Positions 39,554 through 49,786 of a stretch of DNA of 64,000 nt are shown one piece after another (position 1 is the stretch's first letter; every line of letters begins with the position of its first letter). Made by a program: the position numbers and the translations under genes. Below the pieces are notes generated by a model. The model ran no database searches. It was not told the origin of the DNA and worked only from the letters and a program-made list of their open reading frames with translations. This DNA is from Octopus sinensis (taxonomy: Eukaryota). The stretch covers positions 1 through 64,000 of the forward strand of contig NW_021831846.1 of assembly GCF_006345805.1 (NCBI RefSeq), read 5' to 3'.

Positions 39554-39570
39554 AAATAAAGTAGTTATAT

Positions 39571-39975
39571 TACTCTTTTACTCTCTTTTACTTGTTTCAG
39601 TCATTTGACTGTGGCCATGCTGGAGCACCGCCTTTAGTCGAGCAAATCGACCCCGGGACTTATTCTTTGTAAGCCCAGTATTTATTCTATCGGTCTCTTT
39701 TGCCGAACCGCTAAGTGACAGGGACGTAAACACACCAGCATCGGTTGTCAAGCAATGCTAAGGGGACAAACACAGACACACAAACACACATACATATATA
39801 GATATATACATATATACGACAGGCTTCTTTCAGTTTCCGTCTACCAAATCCACTCACAAGGTTTTGGTCGGCCCGAGGCTATAGTAGAAGACACTTGCGC
39901 AAGGTGCCACGCAGTGGGACTGAACCCAGAACCATGTGGTTGGTAAACAAGCTACTTACCACACAGCCACTCCTG
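39571..39975 (-). mobile_element. SINE family A
   Basis: Full length; tail-to-tail with the previous copy. Confidence 0.8.
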
Positions 39976-41060
39976 TTCTTGGTTCTTGCTGCATAACAAA
40001 TTAAACCTTGATGTAATATTTGACACTGCTGGACGTAGAGCATCTTCTATGGTTTTCAATGTTGAACAATATTTGGTTTTAATAAGGGTTAAAACTGAAA
40101 AAACACATCTTAAGTGCCCCTCTCTGATTACTAAGTCCTGCTTGAACAGACTTTGTAGCATTGCCATCCGTGTCATTACTTTTGTTACTCAAGTTCAGAC
40201 ATTTAGCCATGAGTAAAAATATTTTTATTTTGAAATATAAATAAAATGTTTCATAAAATAATTATCTTGGGCAAATGTCTTCTGCTATAGCCCCGCGACG
40301 ACCAATGCCTTGTGAGTGGATTTGGTAGATGGAAACTGAAAGAAGCTTGTCGTGTTTGTCCCCCTAGCATTGCTTGACAAACGATGCTGGTGTGTTTACG
40401 TCCCCGTCATTTAGTGGTTCGGCAAAAGAGACCGATAGAATAAGTACTGGGCTTACAAAGAATAAGTCCTGGGGTCGATTTGCTCGACTAAAGGCGGTGC
40501 TCCAGCATGGCCGCAGTCAAATGACTAAAACAAGTAAAAGAGTAAAAGAGAAAGAGAGACCTAAATCGAATAAAACTTTAACAGGTATTGTTATTTATAC
40601 ACTTATTAAGGTGAACACAAACTAACTATGCTGAAAATAGATATCTTGTCACTGCACTAGTTGCAACGGTGCTGCATGTGCATTTTATTACTGCAGCACT
40701 TGCATGGTGCATCACGTTAAATATTGTGCATTTGTGAAATAACGTATAAACTGAAATTCAGGTGTTTGAATTTAATTTTCGTGACCCATAGTTTAAGAAG
40801 CACTGATTTATATCAATAATATTTACTTTCTTATTTCTTTATTGCTCATAAGGGGCTAAACACACAGGGAACAGACAAGGACAAAGGGATTAAGTCGATT
40901 ACATCGACCCCAGTATGTAACTAGTGCTTAATTTATCAACCCCGAATGGATGAAAGGTAAAGTCGACCTTGGTGGAATTTGAACTCAAAACGTAACAGCA
41001 GACGAAATACCACTAAGCATTTCGCCCGCTGTGCTAACGATTATGCCAGCTCGCCGCCTT

Positions 41061-41372
41061 CATCATCATTGTTTGACCGTGGTCGAGACAATGGAATTTA
41101 CCATGCTACGCCAGACTTCACGGTCCATCATGGCATTACGGAGGTCCTGTTGCTGGATGCCTGTATCCCTGGAGATTACATCAGGGTAGGAGAGTGTGCG
41201 CCCTCTGGCATTGCGAGTAGATGGCTTCCAGAGGAGAAGAGTAGAAATTACCTCTTTTTCAGCTCTACAACAATGTCCAGCAAACTGGACTCTCTTACCT
41301 TTCACAAGAGATGACACAGGTGGTAGTTTCCCATATATTTGTACTTTGGTTGGATGGCGCTTCCACGAGAGA
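41061..41372 (-). mobile_element. RTE-type LINE 3' fragment (same family)
   Basis: ORF 41066..41383. Confidence 0.8.
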
Positions 41373-41748
41373 TTAGAAGGCATAAAAACTCAAATTTGTA
41401 GAAGTTTTGTTGATTAAATAAACCCCAGTATTTTATTGGTACTTTATCTTATCGTATCTCGAAGAAATGATAAGTAACACTCAAATCTGAAGGATTTATA
41501 CTCAGAAAGTAAAGAGCTTGAAGCTATACCAAGACTTTCTGTCCAACACTGATTACTGTGAGGGGTAAGAAGCTTCCTAACCACACATGGTTTTGTGTTC
41601 CCTCTCACAGCATGGTAGGTAACTTAGTTAAGTGTTGCCTGCTATAACCAAGGGCTGATCAAAGCCTTGTATGTGGATTTAGTAGGCAGAAACTGAGAAA
41701 TATATATATGTATGTGTGCGCATGAGTGTGTGTGTATTTATATATGTA

Positions 41749-42201
41749 CTAGCACTATGACCCGGCGTTGCCAGGTCTAGTGCTAGTGCTTGTTCATTGC
41801 TGGGTCGCAGTAAGAATTTCTCACTAAATCAAGAGCTAAGTTTCTTATCACATTTCAGCCCGGGCCAGTTTTGTTGTTTATGAGTTAGTTAGAGCTTTTT
41901 ATGTGAGTAATTGATATTCATTGGACTTCGGTTTTCACACCTGGAACGGCATAATCATGGAAAATTAGTGGGACTTTGCACATGCCATTGGTCAGACAAA
42001 AAAGGAGATAGAAGAAAGCGAAAAATTCGAATTTGGCTGCAAAATAACTTATGGGCATAAGGGGTCAGTTTATCGATTTTTTTAAATGACTTTCTGGGGT
42101 GACTGTTTTGAAAGCCCATGGAAAATACGAGCCTTATACATGAAAAACTGGGGATTTATATAAAGGACACACAGACATTTTGCCGTTTATAAATATAGAG
42201 A
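41749..42201 (-). mobile_element. Non-autonomous Helitron-like element (different family)
   Basis: Minus strand A|TC...GACCTGGCAACGCCGGGTC hairpin...CTAG|T. Confidence 0.6.
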
Positions 42202-42431
42202 TATGTGTGCATTAATATCTAAATGACTAAACATGAACTGCTATTGGAACTTACATACCATGTACTGGAAACTTTACCACTTCTCTACACCATTTTCCTC
42301 GAATAATGGAACTGCAGCTACAATATCTTTGTATATTTTATGTTTTATTTCTACTTTCATTCTCATATTTCCCTCTATAGTCCCTTATCTCCTTTTCCAC
42401 AATAATTCGAACTCAAATATTTTCACACACC

Positions 42432-42479
42432 GTCTCTGATGAAGGGATATCCATAATATCCCAGAAACAGCTGTAAGGC
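42432..42479 (+). ncRNA. Minimal type I hammerhead ribozyme motif, antisense in DRG1 intron 1
   Basis: GUCU-CUGAUGA(42436-42442)-A-GGGAUAU-CCAUA-AUAUCCC-A-GAAAC-AGCU-GUA(42473-42475)-AGGC; 7-bp perfect stem II. Confidence 0.8.
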
Positions 42480-43168
42480 TATTTCATTATGTCCTGCCTG
42501 GAGTCTGGTGCAGCCCCTCAGCTCACCAGCCCTGGTCAGACTGTGCGACCCATGCCAGAATGGACAATAAATGATGATGATGATGATGATGATGAAAAGA
42601 CTAAGGCTGACAAAGTCACATTAATGTGACTTGGGTTTCTAAGTCGAAGCAAGAGAAGAAACAGTCAAATTGGGGACTCGCTTCCGAACCCAGTCACGGA
42701 GACCCGAGTGACAAGATGGTGTACCTGCCCAAATATGAGAATAGTATTCCATACAAGGCCAGATTGTGAACTGATAAGCATGCAAAATGGCCTCAGATGT
42801 GAGGTGGTCCTTTGACCTAGCAAATCACAAGGCTTCAATCAGCCCAGGGCCAGAGCTGAAGACACTTGCCCCAAGCTGCCACTCAGTGGAACTGAACCTG
42901 AAAACCATGTGGTTAGGAAGCAAACCTCTTACCACACAGCCAAGCTTGCATCTACTGGACACACCGGACTAGACAATCAACGGCCTTCTTTCCCACAAAA
43001 TTTCTGAGTTTTGGCCAGAGGTTTGACATGGCTTTATGGTTAGGGGTGGGTTGGTTGGTTGGCATCCTTTTTGTCTCAGGAGACAATGGAGTTGCGCATA
43101 AAATAGTCTAGTCCGGCTTTTACATTTCATGTTCTAATACATCTCCTGCTGAGGCTGTGTAGTCCTAT

Positions 43169-43672
43169 CCTCAATAGACGTCATTGATTGGTTGAAATTG
43201 CAGAAATTGAAGAAAAAAAACAACAAATATTATCTTACAAACCATTGAATTTTCTTAATAAAGCCAAGAGAAAAAGATGTTTTATAAACACATTCTACCA
43301 GTATTCGAAGTTTAAAATTTTTTAGTTACCTAGAAATTATGTTAAAAACTGCCGTTCAAACCGAAAAGATCCGAGTAAAGTACCGTATGCCGGTAGAAAT
43401 TTAAAAAGTTAGTGCTGTTACTCCACATACTAAAGACTTGTGAAGCTTACAGTGTCTAAAGATCGATTCTCCCCCTTCAGCACCATCATCATCAGCGCCA
43501 TCATCATCATAACACTGAATTGACCGTCAATGGGATTGAAGCTCTCATCTCTCACCTATTCAGAGAAAACGATACATCATCATCATCATGTATCGTCTGA
43601 TCTAAAGTGGTGAAAGATGGGAGCTTCAATCTCATTGACGATCATTTCGGTGTTATCTTGTCCTGCTGTTCT
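43169..43672. repeat. 504-bp direct duplication, copy 1 (half MITE plus flank)
   Basis: Apparently identical to 48844-49347 (offset 5675 at both ends). Confidence 0.93.
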
Positions 43673-44737
43673 GGCAGGTGCCGCAAATGTAGCGAAGACT
43701 TTGCCTCGCTGGTTGTAATGTCATAGTTTCTTGCTGACGTCTTTTCTTGTCTTTCCATTTCTCCTCTCTCTCTCTACTCGCAATCGTAAGGTCGTATATC
43801 CGATTCCCAGCAGCGCATTATGGTCTTGACCAAGACACTTTATTTCATGTTGCCCCAGTCCTCTCAGCCAACGAAAATGAATTGTACCAGTAGTTCAAAA
43901 GGGCCGATCTTGTCACAGTCTGTGTCACACAATCTCCCTGAGCACTACGTTAAGGGTATGCGAGTCTGTGGAGCGCCCAGCCACTTGCATGCTAATCTCA
44001 TGAGTAGCATGACACAGATTATGACATGGCTGGCCCTTTTCAATAACAAATACAACTCATTTTTGCCAGCAGAGTGGACTGGTACAATGTGAAGTAAAGT
44101 GCCCAGCTCAAGGACACAATGCGCTGCAGGGAATCGAAATCACAACCTTGCTATCATGAGCTGAATACCCCAACCACTAGGCCAAGGGCTCCACCAACTT
44201 TGCTTCCTTATAACTTCCAGAAAAATGGATATTTTTTAATGTAATTTCCTACAAGTACACTTCAGATGATGTAAATTACGATCATATCAGGATTTAAGGA
44301 GTTGATACATGTGATGTGTGTATGTATGCAAGCCCACCGATTTTGTTGTTGTTGTTTTTTTTTTTACATTATATTCGAATATAATCGTAATCTACGCCAT
44401 CTGGAAGGTAGTCGTACAAAATTTCGTTAAAAAATACACAATTTATGAAAGTTATGAGGAAACAAAGACGACTGGTGTAAATTTTCCGAAACTCCTTCAT
44501 CCAGTCTCAGAAACTTTTTTTCTTATAACAAATTCCGATATAACAGTAATCGAACCATCAGAAGCATAATATCTAGACAATTTCTCCCAAAAATATATCC
44601 ATTTTTTCTTTTTTTTTTTTTTGGACGTTATGAGGAAACAAAGTCGGGATGGAGTGGGGGGGGGGCACATTTACACATTCGTATAGGTAAACCAAATGGA
44701 AATAAATGAGAGATGGAGCGAAACATCAAGTCTTTCG

Positions 44738-46591
44738 GGTTAATATAGGGTGTAACAAATATCAGAAAATCAAAAAAAAAATGTGTGTAATAGGTGTAAA
44801 ACAACTTCCTATGAACGAATATGAAAAAAAAAATTCGCGCACGCGAAAGGGGGGTGGGGGAGAGGCCTCGGAAAATTCACATCGGGAAGTTCCGAAAGCG
44901 TCTGAGGGGCTGACCCGGGCACCAAAACAAAAAAAAAATAGTGTAATATGTGTAAAACAACTTGCTCTAAACGAATATGACAAAAAAAAATGCGGTCTCG
45001 CGAAAGAGGGGTGGGGGAGAGGCCTCGGAATATTTATATCGGGAATTTCCGAAAGCGTCTGAACCGGCACAAAAACAAAAACAGCGTAATAGGTGTAAAA
45101 CAACTTGCTCTAAACGACTATCATGAAAAAAATGCGCGCTCGCGAAAGGGGGTGTGGGGGAGAGGCTTCGGAAATTTCACATCTTCAGTCCACGGCCTTT
45201 AAACTAAGAAAAAATAGTGTAATTGGTGTAAAACTACTTGTTCTAAACGAGTATCAAGAACACACACTCACACATGAATCATAAACTCCGTATTTCGCAA
45301 AAAAAAAATAAAGAGAAGAAATTCTGGAAAAAGTGAAGAAATGTTGGATCTCATTCCTTGGTTAAAGCTATTTTAAACATTAAATTTATGCTTTTCTTTG
45401 AAATAGTTCAGATATATGCAATTCTTCTCACTTATTAAGATGCATTTATCAGAAAAAATTATTATTTTGTGTCAATCCTTCCCTAATTATCCTTTATTAA
45501 TTAGTTTTGGCGTGTATTTTTTTACCTTTACAACACTGTTTAGTAAAGCAATTAATTATCTTTATAATTTGCATATTTGACTTATTAATCAAAATTCTCT
45601 AGATGTAATATATACTAAGTAATGCATCCTTCATTTATGTGTTCCGTTCTGTAAGTGTGTTTAACTGTGCACATGAATGTGAATATTAAAGAACATATTT
45701 ATTTACTATGATTGTTATTTTCAGAACAAATAAATCTTTTGGCTGTTATGTTATTGATGTTATTATTATTGCTAGTTAAAGGGTGGTGACTTGGCTGAAT
45801 ATTTTGAGTCTTGTAGTATGTAGTTGTGTTAGTCAATATTCTGAGTTCAAATCCAACTCATTTCTTTATCATCATTATCGATGGACCACTCAAAGAGGTA
45901 TGTATACATTATCATTTTCGTAACATAATTTCTGTAGTATTTCAAGATGTTTCTGACACGTATTTTGATTCACATGGCGGAGATCCAACATTTCTTCACT
46001 TTTTCCAGAATTTCTTCTCTTTATTTTTTTTTTTGCGAAATACGGAGTTTATGATTCATGTGTGAGTGTGTGTTCTTGATACTCGTTTAGAACAAGTAGT
46101 TTTACACCAATTACACTATTTTTTCTTAGTTTAAAGGCCGTGGACTGAAGATGTGAAATTTCCGAAGCCTCTCCCCCACCCCCCTTTCGCGAGCGCGCAT
46201 TTTTTTCATGATAGTCGTTTAGAGCAAGTTGTTTTACACCTATTACGCTGTTTTTGTTTTTGTGCCCGGTTCAGACGCTTTCGGAAATTCCCGATATAAA
46301 TATTCCGAGGCCTCTCCCCCACACCTCTTTCTCGAGAGCGCATTTTTTTTTCATATTCGTTTAGAGCAAGTTGTTTTACACATATTACACTATTTTTTTT
46401 TGTTTTGGTGCCCGGGTCAGCCCCTCAGACGCTTTCGGAACTTCCCGATGTATTTTTCCGAGGCCTCTCCCCCACCCCCCTTTCGCGTGCGCGAATTTTT
46501 TTTTTCATATTCGTTCATAGGAAGTTGTTTTACACCTATTACACACATTTTTTTTTTGATTTTCTGATATTTGTTACGCCCTATATTAACC
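44738..46591. mobile_element. Foldback-type non-autonomous DNA transposon, about 613-bp modular TIRs, 8-bp TSD GTCTTTCG
   Basis: Arms 44738-45352 and 45980-46591 built from 130-160-bp subrepeats (GTGTAAAACAACTT); TSD at 44730-44737 and 46592-46599; AT-rich spacer. Confidence 0.88.
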
Positions 46592-47106
46592 GTCTTTCGA
46601 GAGGTAAAAACAGTATCGACCCCAGGTGAGATACACAAATACGATGTCTAGCTACGCTAATGGAGAAGACTTTTAATTAAAGCTATTCCAACCGTGACCA
46701 ACCTGTCCTTTTCTGTGTTTATGTGTGCGCCCGCGCACAATATCTACCCCACCCCCACCGTTTTGCAAAGACGACAGAGTATGTTTTGACAAAGATTTAG
46801 CTGCTATTACAAGCAGGTCGAACGACCACGTAGCGGCGGTTCACTCGTAGGCCAAATAGACACGTTGTTGTTTGGTCTTATGTCAGCAGGGAACAAAGCG
46901 GATTTACGATCGAAGGTACCAGTCGTGACTATCCCGCCTTTTTTTTTTTAAGGGACCTCTACAACTTACTTAATGTCTGTCCTTCCCTATTCGTGAAGAG
47001 TAGGAAATGATTTGAAAGAAATGTGACAGCTATTTCTAGCAGACCACGTATTCAAGAATCAGTCATTGACAACAACGTGCAGAGACAGATCGGTACGCGC
47101 GCGCGC

Positions 47107-47147
<41 letters not shown>

Positions 47148-47318
47148 CACCTACATACCTATACACATACATTTATATGAATATATCTATCTATATATAT
47201 ATATATATATATATAATTATCAATAATATAGGGTGAAATTAATTAATTTAGAAATAATCATTAATTTCACCAAATAGAGTTCGGTATGTAAAAGACCCAT
47301 TCAAGGAAGGTTTAAGTA

Positions 47319-47522
47319 ATACTAATTAATTAAGGGTTCAGCAACGATTTGCCTCACCACACACCGAATTTAGAAATAGCAGTCAAAAAGTTTTGGCTAT
47401 TCTTTCTACTTAAAAGGGATCGCCCTTTTAAGTAGAAAGAATAGCCAAAACTTTTTGACTGCTATTTCTAAATTCGGTGTGTGGTGAGGCAAATCGTTGC
47501 TGAACCCTTAATTAATTAGTAT
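47319..47522. repeat. Perfect palindrome, 100-bp arms, 4-nt loop (ATCG), DRG1 intron 1
   Basis: 47319-47418 is the exact reverse complement of 47423-47522 by base-by-base reading. Confidence 0.95.
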
Positions 47523-47835
47523 ATATATATAGGTATGCGTGCATACCTATACATATATGTACAGCACACACACATACAGATATCCATGTGTGTATGTATA
47601 GGTATATACGTATATATTATATGACGAAGGAATTAAAGCAATAGACAGCAGGCACACACAAAACAGAGGCCTACTGTCTTCCTATAACACATCCAAAATG
47701 CATTAAAGGACCAATTTTTGGTTAATTTCTTTCGTAATATTTTTTTTTTTTTTTTTTTTTTAAATCCCCCAAAAAAAAAGTGAAGGAGAGAAAAAAAAGT
47801 TTTATAAATGAAAAAATATAATATAATAATATTAC

Positions 47836-47874
47836 CTCATTTTCAATTTCGGCAATTTTTTCTAGTACACCCAT
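47836..47874 (-). CDS. DRG1: DRG1 coding exon 1 (MGVLEKIAEIENE)
   Basis: Reverse strand ATGGGTGTACTAGAAAAAATTGCCGAAATTGAAAATGAG followed by donor GTAATA; phase 0 joins exon 2; matches DRG N-terminal helix. Not in the ORF track (too short). Confidence 0.9.
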
Positions 47875-48060
47875 TGTGACCGATTAATTAAGTTCACTTT
47901 CCCTGAGAGGACGTAATTAAAGGCTTTTTCTCTCAAAGACCTGACTAGAAACATACATCAAAGAGCCATATGCCGGGAGAAATCGGACAGGAAGTATCGC
48001 TGCTCCGCACGCTAGAGAACTCACTTCCGGTTAGCATTATTTTCCTCAGTTAGCGCCCTT
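47875..48060 (-). promoter_or_regulatory. Probable DRG1 5'UTR/proximal promoter with ETS/GABP-type sites
   Basis: Non-repetitive, relatively CpG-rich DNA just upstream of the ATG; ACAGGAAGT at 47987-47995 (+) and CCGGAAGT at 48023-48030 (-). TSS not determinable. Confidence 0.5.
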
Positions 48061-48112
48061 GTCCTCCTCCTCATCAGCATCAGCATCAGCATCATCATTA
48101 TTACGATCATCA

Positions 48113-48501
48113 TACTCTTTTTACTCTCTTTTACTCTCTTTTACTTGTTTCAGTCATTTGACTGCGGCCATGCTGGAGCACCGCCTTTTAGTCGAGCAAA
48201 TCGACCCTGGGACTTATTCTTTTGTAAGCCCAGTACTTATTCTATCGGTCTCTTTTTGCCGAACCGCTAAGTAACGGGGACGTAAACACACCAGCATCGG
48301 TTGTCAAGCAATGCTAGGGTACACACACACACACACATACATATATACGACAGGCTTCTTTCAGTTTCCGTCTACCAAATCCACTCACAAGGCATTGGTC
48401 GGCCCGGGGCTATAGCAGAAGACACTTGCCCAAGATGCCACGCACTGGGACTGAACCTGGAACCATGTGTTTGTTTAGCAAGCTACTTACCACACAGCCA
48501 C
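48113..48501 (-). mobile_element. SINE family A
   Basis: Full length, about 240 bp upstream of the DRG1 ATG. Confidence 0.8.
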
Positions 48502-48598
48502 TTCTGTATCGTTTTCTCTAAAAATAGGGTTTCAATCTCATGGACATTCACTTCGGCCCGTCTTGTCCCGCTGTCCAAATACATGGAGTAAAGTACCG

Positions 48599-49047
48599 GG
48601 ATCTTTTCGGTTTGAACGGCAGTTTTTTCTAGCTGCGTCATATGAAATTGTCACCCACAATTATGACCCTAGAATCGATCTATTGCATTTCAATCTATTT
48701 TAGGATTAGGGTTAGTTAGGGTTAGGGTTAGGGGTGGGGCGAAGGGTATCTTTTTTTTTTCTTCACAAATGTAAATAAACCCAGTCTGTTTCTTAAACGA
48801 GGGACATATTCATTCATACGGCACAGAATGTTTTTTTTTCTTACCTCAATAGACGTCATTGATTGGTTGAAATTGCAGAAATTGAAGAAAAAAAACAACA
48901 AATATTATCTTACAAACCATTGAATTTTCTTAATAAAGCCAAGAGAAAAAGATGTTTTATAAACACATTCTACCAGTATTCGAAGTTTAAAATTTTTTAG
49001 TTACCTAGAAATTATGTTAAAAACTGCCGTTCAAACCGAAAAGATCC
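48599..49047. mobile_element. Same MITE family, atypical 13-bp TSD GAGTAAAGTACCG
   Basis: TIRs; duplication at 48586-48598 and 49048-49060. Confidence 0.9.
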
Positions 49048-49347
49048 GAGTAAAGTACCGTATGCCGGTAGAAATTTAAAAAGTTAGTGCTGTTACTCCA
49101 CATACTAAAGACTTGTGAAGCTTACAGTGTCTAAAGATCGATTCTCCCCCTTCAGCACCATCATCATCAGCGCCATCATCATCATAACACTGAATTGACC
49201 GTCAATGGGATTGAAGCTCTCATCTCTCACCTATTCAGAGAAAACGATACATCATCATCATCATGTATCGTCTGATCTAAAGTGGTGAAAGATGGGAGCT
49301 TCAATCTCATTGACGATCATTTCGGTGTTATCTTGTCCTGCTGTTCT
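48844..49347. repeat. 504-bp direct duplication, copy 2
   Basis: See 43169-43672. Confidence 0.93.
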
Positions 49348-49367
49348 CCTACATTTTCCATTTGACA

Positions 49368-49761
49368 TACTCTTTTACTCTTTTACTTGTTTCAGTCATT
49401 TGACTGCGGCCATGCTGGAGCACCGCCTTTAATCGAGCAACTCGACCCCAGGACTTATTCTTTTTGTAAGCCCAGTACTTATTCTATCGGTCTCTTTTGC
49501 CAAACCGCTAAGTAACGGGGACATAAACACACCAGCATCGGTTGTCAAGCAATGCTAGGGGGGACAAACACACTCACACAAACACACACACGCATATATA
49601 TATATACATATATACGACGGGCTTCTTTCAGTTTCCGTCTACCAAATCCACTCAGAAGGCTTTGGTCGGCCCGAGGCTATAGTAGAAGACACTTGCCCAA
49701 GGTGCCACGCAGTGGGACTGAACCCGGAACCATGTGGCTGGTAAACAAGCTACTTACCACA
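49368..49761 (-). mobile_element. SINE family A
   Basis: Near full length. Confidence 0.8.
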
Positions 49762-49786
49762 CCCAGTGTATAAATATATACATATA

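Larger units (their letters stand above)
14532..47874 (-). other. DRG1: DRG1 gene span (9 coding exons, 365 aa OBG-family GTPase with C-terminal TGS domain)
   Basis: Exon CDS lengths 39+166+131+70+170+186+113+123+100=1098 nt; all junctions GT-AG with compatible phases. G1 GFPSVGKS, G2 YEFTT, G3 DLPG, G4 NKID; DRG1-diagnostic KPKGQLPDY and KVGKDH. Confidence 0.97.

Noticed and set aside
44706-46638. ORFs within the foldback element as a transposase
   Set aside because: They lie in the repeated TIR modules, mirror each other and show no DDE motifs.
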